From an uncultured Actinomycetes bacterium (GTDB lineage: Bacteria > Actinomycetota > Thermoleophilia > Gaiellales > Gaiellaceae): 64,000 bases of DNA. Positions 35,433-47,716 of the stretch are shown here, piece by piece. Numbering within the stretch: the stretch's first letter is position 1; every line of letters begins with the position of its first letter. The notes below the pieces were generated by a model. The model was not told the origin of the DNA. It did not search any database and saw nothing but the letters and a program-made list of their open reading frames with translations. The DNA is taken from assembly GCA_963702785.1 (NCBI GenBank), contig CAVPDV010000002.1:12505-76504 (forward strand), written 5' to 3'. A program made the position numbers and the translations under genes.

Positions 35433-38189
35433 TCAGGACGCTACGGCGAGGGCCGCGGTCGCCCGGAGCACGGCAGGCTCCGGCCGGCCGTAGTGCCAGC
35501 CCTGCCCGTACTCGATTCCGAGGCGGCGGGCGCGCTCGTGGGCCTCGGCCGTCTCGATCCCCTCGATCACGACTTCCTTCCCGTACGCGTGCGCGAGATT
35601 CGTCACGGCTCTCGTGATCGCGTCGGCGACGGTCGGATCGTCGGAGTGGCGCGTGAGGTCGACCGGGATCTTCACGAGGTGGCAGGGCAGCGTTGCGAGC
35701 TCCGCGAACGAGGTGAAGCCGAGCCCGAAGTCGTCGATCGCGACGAGCGCGCCCGCGTCGATCAGCCGGGCGAGGACGTCGGCGGCGCGGTGGGGCTGCA
35801 GGAGTGCCGTGCGCTCGGTGATCTCGATCCCGAGACACTGGGCCGGTACGCGCGACAGAGCGCGCTCGAGCCGCTTGAGGAACCGGGAGCTGTGAAAGCT
35901 GCTCGGGCTGACGTTGACGAAGATGCACCGCTCGTCCTCGGCGAACGTGATGGCCCGCTCCGCCTGCTCGAGCATCCGTTGGTCGATCGTGCTCATCAGC
36001 CCGAGCTCCTCGGCCGCGTCGATGAAGCTCTGCGCCTCGACGATCTTTCCCGTCGGTAGGCGGAGTCGGGCCAGGGCCTCGAACGTCGGTCTGCCGCCGC
36101 GGCGGAGCGAGACGATCGGCTGCAGGAAGAGCTCCAGGCGATCGTCGAGCAGGGCGTCCTTGATGACCGGCGACCACCTGCGCGAGCTTCGATTGCGGCG
36201 CTCGAGCGCTTCAGTCCAGTGCTCGAGCCGGTTCTTGCCGAGCTTCTTCGCCTCGAGGAGCGCCGCGTCGCTGCGCTTGAGGGCGATCTTGCCGCCGAGC
36301 GTGGGCTCGACCGGAGCGAGCCCGGCGCTCACCGTCAGGTCGATCGTTCTCCTGCCGGTGCGCAGCCGGTAGTCACGCGCGCACTCGAGGAGGCGCTCGA
36401 CGGCTGCACCCGCGACCCGCTCGGAGCTGTCCGAGAGGAGCAGCGCGAACTCGTCGCCCGACAGCCGCGCGAGGAAGTCGTCGTGGTGCAGCTCCTGGCG
36501 AAGAACGGCGGCGAGCTCCCGTAGGACGTCGTCACCGGCTCCGTGGCCGAAAGAGTCGTTGACGGACTTGAAGTTGTCCACGTCGATGAGCCCGACCCAG
36601 ACGGAGCCGGGCTCGCGCGTCTCCAGATCCACGAGCCGCTCCTCGAAGCTGCGCCGGTTGGGCAGACCCGTCAGGGAGTCGTGGTGGGCGATGTGGTCGA
36701 GCTCGGCCCGCTGACGCCGCTCGAGGCTCACGTCCTCGAACAGCGCGATGATCTCGTCTCCGTTGGCGTCGATCGCGGCGGTCGAGACGCGGACGTCCAC
36801 GGGCGTTCCGTCCGGCTTGCGGAGCGTGACCTCGACGGCAGCGAGGCGTTCGCCGGACAGGGCTCTTTCGACGAGGTCGGCGACGCGCTCCGGATCGCCG
36901 TCCGGGTCGATCGGGGGCGGACCGCCGACGACGTCGACCGAGCGGTAGCCCGAGGACTGCTCGGCGGCCGGATTCCAGGTGCGCACCGTTCCGAAGCGGT
37001 CTACGACGCAGATCGGAAGCGGGCTCGCCGCGATGATGCTGTCCGCCTGTCTCCGCGCGGCGTCCGCCTCGGCCGCGGCGCGGCGCAGCATGCGCACGAG
37101 ATCTGCGCCCCTGGCGAGGATCAGGAGTGGAATGACGATTACGGCGGCAGCGAGGATCGTCAGGCCGGCGCCGCTGTGGATCCGGCCGCTCCCGAAGTAG
37201 AGCGCGACTCCTGGGGTCATGACTGCGGCTGCGAGGATCGCCAGCCGGCGAAAGATCTCGCTCCCGCGCTCGGACCAGGAGCGACTCGCGAACTCCCCGA
37301 TTCGGGCGGCCGTCGGATGGAGGGCTGCCGCCGCCGCGAACGCGTACCCCGCCATGAAGAGCGGGTTGACCCAGGAGCCGAGGCTGTATGTCCCAGCGGC
37401 AAGCATCAGCCGCCAGACGAGGTCGCCGCCGAACAGCAGGGCCACCGCGCACGCGAGCAGGCGGTAGCTCGACGGCCAACGGCCGGCTCCGAACACGAAG
37501 CGCACGACGAGCGCGAGCAGGAGCAGGTCGAGCGTCGGGAACGCGACGGAGAGGAAAACACTGCCGTCTCCTCTCCCGGTGAGGAGGTCGGCGCCGAAAT
37601 AGAGCCAGAGCGCACAGAACGCCGCGACGAACAGCACCGCGGCGTCGAGCAGTTGCCGCACCGCGGTCTCTATCAGCTCGCGGCGTGCGAGCGGGAGCGA
37701 GAACATCGCCGCCGCGAGCAGTGGGTAGCTCGCCAGATAGAACGCGTCTGCCAGGGAGCCGGGGACGGCCTTGACGCCGAGCAGTGAATGCAGGGCGTAC
37801 ACGAGGTCGCCGCCGGCGAAGGCGCCGAAGCCGAGCGCGAGTAGTCGCCAGCCCGGTCCTCGCGACTGCCGGTGCCGGAATGTCGTGACGGCGATCGTGC
37901 CGGCGGCGCCCAGTCCGGCCGTCAGGTAGATGGCGACCGCTGCGTCCGGGTGCCCGGTGTAGCGGGCGTACGCGGCGACCAGGCTGCCTCCGACCACGAG
38001 GGCGACGTAACCAGGCTGGGATCCTGCGGATGGCCATCCGCGAACGTTGATCAGCGGGGGCAGACGTTGCTTCAGTAGGAAACCGTCTCCTGGGTTGTGG
38101 AAAATCGCCGCATGCGCGTATTTCTCACCGGCGGGGCAAGGGGGTTCATCGGCGGTCACGTCGTCCGCGCGCTCGAGGAGGCCGGGCAC
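35433..38189 (-). CDS. membrane sensor PAS-GGDEF-EAL protein (c-di-GMP turnover)
   Basis: An N-terminal domain of about 8 TM helices is followed by a PAS region, RLSGDEFALLL (GGDEF-type), QPIVSLRRGGRPTFEALARL (EAL) and DDFGLGFTSF. The start is uncertain. An alternative GTG near 38045 would remove the overlap with the divergent gene. Confidence 0.85.
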   Translation of the reverse strand: MPGLLERADDVTADEPPCPAGEKYAHAAIFHNPGDGFLLKQRLPPLINVRGWPSAGSQPGYVALVVGGSLVAAYARYTGHPDAAVAIYLTAGLGAAGTIAVTTFRHRQSRGPGWRLLALGFGAFAGGDLVYALHSLLGVKAVPGSLADAFYLASYPLLAAAMFSLPLARRELIETAVRQLLDAAVLFVAAFCALWLYFGADLLTGRGDGSVFLSVAFPTLDLLLLALVVRFVFGAGRWPSSYRLLACAVALLFGGDLVWRLMLAAGTYSLGSWVNPLFMAGYAFAAAAALHPTAARIGEFASRSWSERGSEIFRRLAILAAAVMTPGVALYFGSGRIHSGAGLTILAAAVIVIPLLILARGADLVRMLRRAAAEADAARRQADSIIAASPLPICVVDRFGTVRTWNPAAEQSSGYRSVDVVGGPPPIDPDGDPERVADLVERALSGERLAAVEVTLRKPDGTPVDVRVSTAAIDANGDEIIALFEDVSLERRQRAELDHIAHHDSLTGLPNRRSFEERLVDLETREPGSVWVGLIDVDNFKSVNDSFGHGAGDDVLRELAAVLRQELHHDDFLARLSGDEFALLLSDSSERVAGAAVERLLECARDYRLRTGRRTIDLTVSAGLAPVEPTLGGKIALKRSDAALLEAKKLGKNRLEHWTEALERRNRSSRRWSPVIKDALLDDRLELFLQPIVSLRRGGRPTFEALARLRLPTGKIVEAQSFIDAAEELGLMSTIDQRMLEQAERAITFAEDERCIFVNVSPSSFHSSRFLKRLERALSRVPAQCLGIEITERTALLQPHRAADVLARLIDAGALVAIDDFGLGFTSFAELATLPCHLVKIPVDLTRHSDDPTVADAITRAVTNLAHAYGKEVVIEGIETAEAHERARRLGIEYGQGWHYGRPEPAVLRATAALAVAS

Positions 38190-39000
38190 GAGGTGGCCTG
38201 CGAGTTCGTGGACGTCCGCGACCGCGAGGGGCTGACGCGGCGCCTTCCGCGGGGCGGACGCCGTCTGCCACGTCGCCGCCCTCTACTCGTTCTCGGCGCC
38301 TGCGGCGGAGATCGAGGCGATCAACGTCGCCGGAACGGCGAACGTGATCGCGGCCTGCCGTGCGGCCGGCGTCCGGCGACTTGTCCACACGAGCTCGTGC
38401 GCGACGTGCGGGCCGGTGGAGGGGCGGCAGGCGACGGAGGAGGACGGGCCGCCCGAATGGGAGCTCGTCGTCCCGTACAAGTGGACGAAGCTCGAGGCGG
38501 AGCGCCTCGTGCTCGCAGCCGCGGCCGAGGGGCTCGATGCGCTCTGCGTCAACCCGACGACGCCGGTGGGCAGCGGCGACACGGCGCCGACGCCGACGGG
38601 CGCGATGGTGCGCGGCGTGGCCTCCGGCCGCTTCCGCGCCTCGCTCCGCGGCACCGGACTCAACCTCGTCGACGTGCGGGACGTGGCCCGAGGTCACGTG
38701 CTCGCGCTCGAGCGCGGCCGCTCGGGGGAGCGCTACCTCCTCGGCGGCGTCGACGTGACGCTGACGGAAGCGTTCGCGCTCATCTCGCGCGCGGCCGGCC
38801 GGCGGCCGCCGCGTCTGGAGCTGCCGTACGGCGCGGCCGTCCTGCTCGCGCGGCTCGGCATCGCGAACCGCGACGAGGTGCGGCTCGCCCGCCTCCCCGC
38901 CTGGTTCACGTCCGCGAAGGCGGAGCGGGAGCTCGGCTACAGCGCCGCGCCGGTCGAGCCGGCGCTCGAGCTCGCCGTCGCCGGGCTCTCCCACGACTAG
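38112..39000 (+). pseudogene. NAD-dependent epimerase/dehydratase (HpnA / dihydroflavonol-reductase-like), one frameshift near 38250
   Basis: MRVFLTGGARGFIGGHVV (GxxGxxG) is followed in the second frame by VHTSSCATCG, PYKWTKLEAE (YxxxK), PTPTGAMV and GERYLLGG. Confidence 0.75.
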
Positions 39001-39015
39001 TCCCAGGGGCGGCCG

Positions 39016-40453
39016 TCAGTCGATCTTGATCGCGACGTGCTTGATCTGCGTGTAGTCCTCGAGCGAGTACATCGACAGGTCCTTGCCGTAGCCCGACTGC
39101 TTGTAGCCGCCGTGCGGCATCTCGGAGACGAGCGGGATGTGGTCGTTGATCCAGACCGTCCCGAACTGGAGCGCCCGCGCCGCCGACAGCGCCCGGCCGA
39201 CGTCGCGCGTCCACACCGAGGCGGCGAGCCCGTAGCGGACGTCGTTCGCCCAGGCGATCGCCTCGGCGTCGTCGGCGAAGCGCTGCACCGTCACGACCGG
39301 CCCGAACACCTCGCGCTGGACGATCTCGTCGGTCGCTGGCCGACGTCCGTGACGACCGTCGGCGCGACGAAGAAGCCGCGGTCGCCGGCGTCCCGCCGCC
39401 GGTCAGCACCGTCGCGCCCTCGGCGCGCTCGAGGAAGCCGAGCACGCGCTCCTGCTGGGCCTGCGAGATCACCGGGCCCATGTCGATCTCGCCCCGTCGG
39501 CCGGATCGCCGACCTGGAGCGACTCGACCGCCGGCACGAGCTCCTCGAGCAGCGCGTCGTAGATCTTCGGCCCGGCGACCACGCGCGAGGCGGCCGTGCA
39601 GTCCTGGCCCGAGTTCCAGTAGCCGGCGATCTTGATCCCCTCGGCGACGGCGGCCGGGTCGGCGTCGTCGAAGACGACCACCGGCGCCTTGCCGCCGAGC
39701 TCGAGATGGACGCGCTTGAGCGTGTCGGCGGCCGTGCGGGCGATCGATCTTCCCCGTCTCGACGTCGCCGGTCAGCGAGACGAGCCGGACGTCCGGGTGC
39801 GCGACGATGCCGCTCGCCGACCGGGACGCCGTCGCCCGTGACGACGTTCAGCACGCCGGCGGCAGCACGTCCTGCGCGAGCTCGGCGAAGCGAAGCAGCG
39901 AGAGCGGCGTCTGCTCGGACGGCTTCAGCACCTGGCGTGTTCCCGGCCGCGAGCGCCGGCGCGAGCTTCCACACCGCCATCATCAGCGGGTAGTTCCAGG
40001 GCGCGATCCCGGCGACGACGCCGAGCGGCTCGCGGCGGATCATCGACGTGTAGCCGCGCATGTACTCGCCGGCGCTCTTGCCCTCGAGCAGGCGCGCCGC
40101 GCCCGCGAAGAAGCGCAGGTGGTCGACCATGATCGGCAGCTCGTCGCGCGCGTAGGCAGAGCGGCTTGCCGACGTTCGCCGACTCGATCGGCGCGAGCTC
40201 CTCGGCGTTGTCCTCGAGCACGCCGGCGAGCGCGAGCAGCAGCTCGGAGCGCTCGCCCGGCGTCGTGTCGAGCCACTCGGGCAGCGCCGCCTTCGGGCCG
40301 CCTCGACCGCCGCGTCGACGTCCTCGGCGCCGCAGCGCGGGACGTCGGCGATCGTCTCCTCGGTCGCCGGGTTGATCACCTCCATCGTCTCGCCGGAGGC
40401 CGCCTCGACGAGTCCCGCCGATCAAGATCCGGTAGCCGTGGTCGTGCGCTCAT
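39016..40453 (-). pseudogene. NAD-dependent aldehyde dehydrogenase (aminobutyraldehyde/betaine-aldehyde type), many frame changes
   Basis: VINPATEETIADVP, KAALPEWLDTTPGERSELL, YWNSGQDCTAASRV (catalytic Cys) and [46 protein letters not shown] are found in at least five ORF pieces. Confidence 0.75.
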
Positions 40454-41314
40454 GGTTCCTCCTGGTTCTCGTAGGCGGTGGCCTGCGCGGTCTCGACGGC
40501 TTCGGTCACATTCGCGCTCTCGGCGCAGGATCCCGCTCTCGCGCGTCAGCCGCTGGGCGAGCACGACCGGGATCGACGTCACCGCGAGCACGGCGAACGC
40601 GACGACGTTGACCTCGGGGAGCTTCTGGCCGAGCCGGATGTTCCCGAAGATCCAGAGCGGCAGCGTGTTCTGGGCGCCCGCGGTGAACGTCGTCACGATC
40701 ACCTCGTCGAACGAGAGCGCGAACGCGAGCAGCCCGCCGGAGATGAGCGCCGTCGAGATCGTCGGGCAGGTGACGAAGCGGAACGTCTGCCAGCCGTCGG
40801 CGCCGAGGTCCATCGAGGCCTCGATCGAGCGAGCGCGGGGACGCGCCGCAGCCGCGCGAGCACGTTGTTGTAGACGACGACGACGCAGAAGGTCGCGTGC
40901 CCGATCACGATCGTCCAGAGCCCGAAGTTCACCTTCCAGAAGACGAAGAACGAGTTCAGCGCCATGCCGGTGATGATCCCCGGCAGCGCGATCGGGAGCA
41001 CGAAGAGGAACGAGACCGCCTCGCGCCCGAAGAAGCGGAAGCGGTGCGACGCCGAACGCCGCCGTCGAGCCGAGCAGGAGCGCGATCGCCGTCGCGAGCG
41101 CCCGGCCTTCAGCGACAGCCAGAGCGCCGTCTGCATGTCGGGGTCGTGGATCGCGGCACCGAACCACTTCGTCGTGAAGCCCGGGATCGGCCAGCTCTGC
41201 ACGTTCGAGCTGTTGAACGCGTAGAGGCAGATGATCACGATCGGGATCCAGAGGAACGCGAGCACGAGCGCCGTGAAGACGCGCGAGCGCGATCCGGGTC
41301 GTGCGCGTCTCCAT
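40450..41314 (-). pseudogene. ABC transporter permease (PotC/PotI-like), frame-disrupted
   Basis: LAFLWIPIVIICLYAFNSSN and IEASMDLGADGWQTFRFVTCPTISTALISGGLLAFALSFDEVIVTTF (EAA loop region) are present. There are stop/start overlaps with both neighbours. Confidence 0.7.
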
Positions 41315-42229
41315 CAGAGCGCCTCGAAGGCGCCGAGGCGGTGCGCGATCACGAGGTAGACGCCCATCACGGCGAGCGGCACGGTCGCGTAGGCGGCGGC
41401 GAACGGGACGTTGTTCGAGACGCCGACGCTGTCGTAGACGACGTTGCCGATGAACTCCGAGGACGTGCCGCCGACGAGCGTCGGGGTGATGTAGTCGCCG
41501 AGCGTCAGCGCGAAGGTGAAGATCGAGCCGGCGACGACGCCGGGCAGCGCGAGCGGCAGGATCACCGACCGGAAGCGTCCGCGGCCCTTCGCGCCGAGGT
41601 CGCGCGAGGCCTCGATGTCGAGTGCGGGATCCGCTCGAGCGCCGCGTAGACCGGGACGATCATGAACGGCAGCCAGATGTAGGAGAAGACGATCCAGACG
41701 GCGACGTTCGTGTAGGCGATGTTCGCCGCCGGCAGCCCGAGCTTCTGCAGCGACCAGTTGAGGAGCCCGTCGTGGTCGAGGATCAGCCGCCAGGCGTAGA
41801 CGCGCAGCAGGTAGCTCGACCAGAGCGGCAGCAGCACCAGCACGAAGAGCGCGCGCGCGCAGCCGCGCCGCTGGCGATCCGCGCCATGAAGTAGGCGAAC
41901 GGGAACGCGAGCAGCGCGTCGGTGACCGTCACCGCGGCCGCGATCCCGATCGTCCGCAGCGCGATCGTGCGGTAGGCGCTCGAGTCGCCAGAGCGTCTGG
42001 AAGTTGTCGAGCGTCCAGAGTGCTGGATCGAGCTCGCCGGTGAACTCGTTGACCGTCCAGAACGCCGAGATGAAGAGGACGACGAGCGCGCGATGTAGAC
42101 GAACAGGAAGCGAGCGAGCGCCGGGGAGAGCTGGCCGAGCGCCTCGCCAGCGGACGGCGCCGGAAGCGACCGGCCGAACCGCAGGCGGGCCCGCCGTGCG
42201 GCGGGCCCGCGCTCGGTGAGCTGCCGCAC
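41314..42229 (-). pseudogene. ABC transporter permease (PotB/PotH-like), frame-disrupted
   Basis: LLPLWSSYLLRVYAWRLILDHDGLLNW, IWLPFMIVPVYAALERIP and LPLALPGVVAGSIFTFALTLGDYITPTLVGG lie in three ORF pieces. Confidence 0.7.
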
Positions 42230-42245
42230 GTCGACCGGTCAGCGG

Positions 42246-43396
42246 CTATCCCTTGAGCTGCGTCCAGGCCTGCTGCCAGGGCGTGTAGGGCATGCAGTCG
42301 TTCTGGCCGTTGCCGCAGTCGGAGATCGGCGTCTTCCAGAAGTAGATCTGCTTGAAGTACGCGAGCGGCGCGTTCGCGTGGTACTGCGCGCACGAGCCCT
42401 TCGAGAGCTTGTCCATCCACGCGCACGCGATCGTGTTCACGGGCGTCTCGCCGAAGTAGATCGCCTGCTCGGCCTGCACCTTCGGGGTCGAGATGTAGGC
42501 GAGCCACTTGTAGGCGCAGTCGAGGTTCTTCGTGTGCGACGAGACCATCCAGGTGTCGAGCCAGCCGGTCGCGCCCTCCTTCGGGACGAGGTCCTTCACC
42601 GGCGCCCGGCGGCCTGGAGCGTGTTCGTCTGGTACGGCCACGAGGCGCCGATCACGGCGTCGCCGTTCTTGAACAGGTCGATCTCGTCCGAGGCGAGCGC
42701 CCAGTACTTCTTGATCAGCGGCTTCTGCTGCTTCAGCAGGTTGATCGCCGCGTTGAACTGGGTCTGGTTGAGCTCGTACGGATCCTTGATCCCGAGGCAC
42801 GGCTGCGTCTTCATCAGGTAGAGCGCCGCGTCGGCGATCTGGATCGGGTTGTCCGGGACGGTGATCAGGCCCTTGTACTTCGGGCTGTAGATCGAGGCCC
42901 ACGAGGTCGGCGCCGGCATCACCTTCTTCGTGTTGTAGAGCAGCGTGTTCGGGCCCCACTGGAGCGAGATCCCGTAGTGCTTGCCCTTCGACCGTGTTGT
43001 TCGGCGGCGACTGGAACGCCTTGCCGAAGTTCTTGAAGTCCGGGATCTTGCTCGGGTCGACCGGCTGGACGTCGCCGCCGTAGATCAGGCGCAGGCTCGC
43101 GTCGCCGGAGGCCGAGACCATGTCGTACTGGCTGCCGCCGCCCGGAGCGCATCAGCGCGACCATCTCGTCCGAGGAGCCGGCGTACTTCGCGTTGATCTG
43201 TGCAGCCCGACTGCTTCTCGAACGGCTTCACCCACTGCGGCTGGGTGTAGCCCTCCCAGGCGATCATGTTCAGCGTGGCCCGCCCTTGCCGATCTTCGTG
43301 GGCAGCCCGTGCCGCTCGCCCGGACGACGCGGCCGGGACCGCGAGCGCCGCCACGACCGCCGACCAGCACGCGACGTGCGACTTGCTCCTCTGCAT
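42246..43396 (-). pseudogene. polyamine-type ABC substrate-binding protein (PotD/PotF-like), frame-disrupted
   Basis: The signal peptide MQRSKSHVACWSAVVAALAVPAASS is followed by LNMIAWEGYTQPQWVKPFEKQSGC, SIYSPKYKGLITVPDNPIQIADAALY and WLDTWMVSSHTKNLDCAYKWLAYISTP. Confidence 0.65.
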
Positions 43397-43404
43397 TCCT
43401 CCTG

Positions 43405-44409
<1,005 letters not shown>

Positions 44410-44411
44410 GG

Positions 44412-45695
44412 TCAGACGCGCTCGGCGCCAGCGTCGCCAAGCGCCCGCTCCAGGATCGTCGAGGCCGCGCTCGAGCTCGTCGTCGGAGACGATGAACGGC
44501 ACGTGCAGCCGGATGACGTTCCCGTAGAGGCCGCAGGTGAGGAGGACAGGCCCTCTCGCGCGCGGCCGCGGCGACCGCGCCGGCGCCGCGTCCGGGGTCT
44601 GCTCGGGGAGCTCGAGCGCGAGCATCGGGCCGAGGCCGCGCACGTCGCGACGCGGCTGCGGGCGCGATCCGCTCGAGCCGCGCGCGCACGAGCGCGCCGA
44701 CGTCTCGCCCGCGCGCGGCAGCAGGCCGGGCAGCAGCGTCGAGCGTGGCGTTCGCGGCCGCGCAGGCGGCCGGGTTGCCGCCGAAGGTGCCGCCGAGGCC
44801 GCCGGGCGTGGGCGGCGTCCATCAGCTCGGCGCGGCCGGTGACCGAGGCGAGCGGCAGGCCGCCGCCGAGCGACTTGCCCGCGACGAGCAGGTCGGGCTC
44901 GACGTCGTAGTGCTCGATCGCCCAGATCTCCCGGTGCGGCCGACGCCCGACTGCACCTCGTCGTCGACGTAGAGGATCCCGTGCCCGTCGAGCAGCTCCG
45001 CGAAGCCGCCTGCAGGAAGTCGGGCGGCATCGGGATGAACCCGCCTTCGCCCTGCACCGGCTCGAGCACGGCGCAGGCGACCGAGGCCGGGTCGACCTCC
45101 GCCTTGAGCAGCCGCTCGAGCGCCGCGATCGCGTCGTCGGTCGTGATGCCGCGGTAGGGGTAGGGCGCCGGCGCGCGGTAGACCTCGGGCGCGAACGGGC
45201 CGAAGCCGGCCTTGTAGACGACCTTCTCGGTCATCGTCAGCGTCAGCAGCGTCCGGCCGTGGAAGCCGCGCTCGAAGACGATCACGGCCGGCCGGCCGGT
45301 CGCGGCGCGCGCGATCTTGACGGCGTTCTCGACCGCCTCCGCGCCCGAGTTCAGGAGGATCGACTTCTGGTCTCGCCGCGGCAGGGCGAGAGCTCGGCGA
45401 GCCGCCGGCAGACCTCCACGTAGGGCTCGTACGTCCCGACCATGAAGCACTGGTGGAGGTAGCGGTCGACCTGCTCGTGGACGGCGGCTCGAGGACGCAG
45501 CGTGGCCGTGGCCGAGGTTCTGCGCAGCCGATCCCGCCGGCGAAGTCGAGGAACTCGCGCCCGTCGGCGTCCCAGACGCGCGCGCCCTCGGCGCGCGAGA
45601 CGACGAGCGACGGGCGTGGAGACGCCCCGCGCGACGTAGCGTTCGCGCGCCGCGAGCACCCGCTCCGCAGCGCCTGCACGTTCATCCACCGACAT
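44412..45695 (-). pseudogene. gabT: 4-aminobutyrate aminotransferase-like class III aminotransferase, many frame changes
   Basis: [81 protein letters not shown] and the C-terminal [18 protein letters not shown] are present. Confidence 0.7.
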
Positions 45696-45790
45696 GGGCG
45701 CCGCGATTATCCCTGCGCGATGCGGCCCGTTCAAGCCGAACTGCCTCGCAATGCGAGACGATCGCGCGACGCCGCTGCGAAATGCGCGTG

Positions 45791-46091
45791 CTACGACCAG
45801 ATCGTCTCGAACGTTCCGAAGCGGAGCTCGCTCTCGTAGTGGAAGCGCGTGTCGTCGACCCGGCGCATGTACTCCTCCCGGTGCTCGGCGGCGAAAGCGT
45901 TGTACGCCTCGACCGACTCCCAGCGGTCGATCACGAGGTAGCGCGCCGGGCGCCTCTAGATCGCGCAGGAGCTCCGTGCCCACGTAGCCGCGCCCCGGCC
46001 GGAAGAACGCCGCCCACTCGCCGTCCGGGCCGAACACACGCTCGAACTCGGCCGCCTCGCGGACCTCGTAGCTGAAGACAAGCGCGATCAC
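45791..46091 (-). pseudogene. antibiotic-biosynthesis-monooxygenase (ABM) domain protein, one frameshift near 45955
   Basis: VIALVFSYEVREAAEFERVFGPDGEWAAFFRPGRGYVGTELLRDL is followed in another frame by RYLVIDRWESVEAYNAFAAEHREEYMRRVDDTRFHYESELRFGTFETIWS-stop. Confidence 0.6.
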
Positions 46092-46115
46092 TTGCTGAGG
46101 ATAAGGTCCCGCGCG

Positions 46116-46928
46116 ATGAGCGCCGAGGCCGTCCCCGCCGAGACCGAGGCCCGCGCCGAGTACGCCGGAGTCCTCCGCTTCTACCACCTTGCGAAGCACC
46201 AGGAGTGGCACGTGGACGACGTGCCGTGGGGTGAGATCCCGTTCGTGCCGGAGGGCAAGGGGGCGCCGGAGCGGCAGGCGCGCCGGCGCGACATCTGGCG
46301 CTCGGTGATCATGCAGCAGCTCCAGGCCGACGTCTTCGCGTGCGAGATGGCGTCGCAGCTGCTGGCGGCGGCGCCCGATCCGGAGGCGCGCCTCTACTAC
46401 TCCACGATGGTGCAGGACGAGTCCCGTCACACGGAGGCCTGGCTCCGGCTGATCGCGCAGGTGGGCGGGGAGGGGGAGCGCGACCCGTACCTCGACCAGC
46501 TGGCGCACATGTTTCTCGAGGCAGACCTGCTCGAGGAGAAGGTCTTCCTCATGCAGGTCTTCTTCGAGCGGCTGATCATCCCGCGCTTCCGGCTGATCGC
46601 CCGCTCGTCGCGCGGCACCGTCCTCGAGGATCTCTGCAACCGGCTCGCCGTCGACGACGGGATCCATCACGGCGCCGGGATGGCGTACGAGCGGGTTCTG
46701 CTCCGCTCGGCCGGGAAGAAGGTGCGCGCGCGGCTCGTCGGCGCCGCGAACACGATGTTGCCGATCTTCGCGAATCACGTCCTCTGGCGGCCGAAGGCGC
46801 GCGCGATGCTGGGGACGCTGATGGAGGCGCGCGACCGCGAGCGGCTGCGCGAGGAGCTCAACCACGGCGTGCGGCTCGCGAACTCGCTCGGCCTCGACGT
46901 CAGCGACGTCCGCCTGCCCGCCGGCTGA
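46116..46928 (+). CDS. ferritin-like diiron protein (AurF-like oxygenase/oxidase superfamily), function unknown
   Basis: Carboxylate/His motifs include FACEMASQ, MVQDESRHTEAW, LMQVFFERLI and VDDGIHHGAG. The frame is intact. Confidence 0.55.
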   Translation: MSAEAVPAETEARAEYAGVLRFYHLAKHQEWHVDDVPWGEIPFVPEGKGAPERQARRRDIWRSVIMQQLQADVFACEMASQLLAAAPDPEARLYYSTMVQDESRHTEAWLRLIAQVGGEGERDPYLDQLAHMFLEADLLEEKVFLMQVFFERLIIPRFRLIARSSRGTVLEDLCNRLAVDDGIHHGAGMAYERVLLRSAGKKVRARLVGAANTMLPIFANHVLWRPKARAMLGTLMEARDRERLREELNHGVRLANSLGLDVSDVRLPAG

Positions 46929-46991
46929 GTGGGAGCCGCGGTGTGACTTCGTGCGATAGGGTCGCTCAGTCCATCTCAGAGGAGGTGCGGG

Positions 46992-47295
46992 ATGCTGTTC
47001 CACACGATGTGGGAGTTCCATCCCAGCAATAGCGAGGAGGCGATTCAGCGGAATCTCGCCTTCTTCTCGGACTGGAAGCCGCCGGACGGCTTCGAGTTCA
47101 AGGGTTTCTGGGGATTCGCAGACGGTTCGGGAGGCGTTGCGATCGTCGAGACGGACAGTGCCGCGACGCTCGCCAGGGCGACTGCCCCGTTCACGCCGTG
47201 GCTGCGCTTCAGCGACCAGCCCGATCCTTCCGATCGAAGAGTCGTCGGCAATCGCCGGCGAAGCCGTGGCGGCGCGCGCTTCGTTCGCCGGCTAG
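46992..47295 (+). pseudogene. DUF3303-like small protein, one frameshift near 47220
   Basis: MLFHTMWEFHPSNSEEAIQRNLAFFSDWKPPDGFEFKGFWGFADGSGGVAIVETDSAATL.. is present. The C-terminus ILPIEESSAIAGEAVAARASFAG-stop lies in a second frame. Confidence 0.5.
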
Positions 47296-47373
47296 CAGCC
47301 GCTCCGTGTGTCGGCGCGCGGACCAGTGGTGCAACCGGCAACGTTCGCCGGGTCAGCGTCCCCGGTCACACCA

Positions 47374-47628
47374 CTAGACGCCGGTTGCGTCTCCGACGTG
47401 CAGCGCCGCCGGCCGGCGGCGCGGCTTCGCGGCGTCGCGGGCCTCGCGCGCGAGCGGCGAGTCCTCGACGTCGAACAGCTCGTCGAAGAGGTCGTCCGAG
47501 CCGGGCTCAGGTGCCGGCGTCAGGAGCTCGTGCTCGTCGAGCAGCCGGTACAGCTCGTCGATCCGCATGGCCTGATGGTCGAGCCGAGCCTCGAGCCGGT
47601 CGTATGTCGAATGCGTGGTCACTCCCAC
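47374..47628 (-). CDS. hypothetical small acidic protein
   Basis: This intact 84-aa ORF has a helical N-terminus (RLEARLDHQAMRIDELYRLLDEHE). It lies downstream of, and co-directional with, the HMGR homolog. Confidence 0.35.
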   Translation of the reverse strand: MGVTTHSTYDRLEARLDHQAMRIDELYRLLDEHELLTPAPEPGSDDLFDELFDVEDSPLAREARDAAKPRRRPAALHVGDATGV

Positions 47629-47716
47629 CAGGCTGGCCGGACCGCGTGGCGGCGGCGTCCGGGGATGCCACGAATGGAGTCGCGGGCCTGCCGCAGCGCC
47701 GTTGCCGCTCAGCCGC

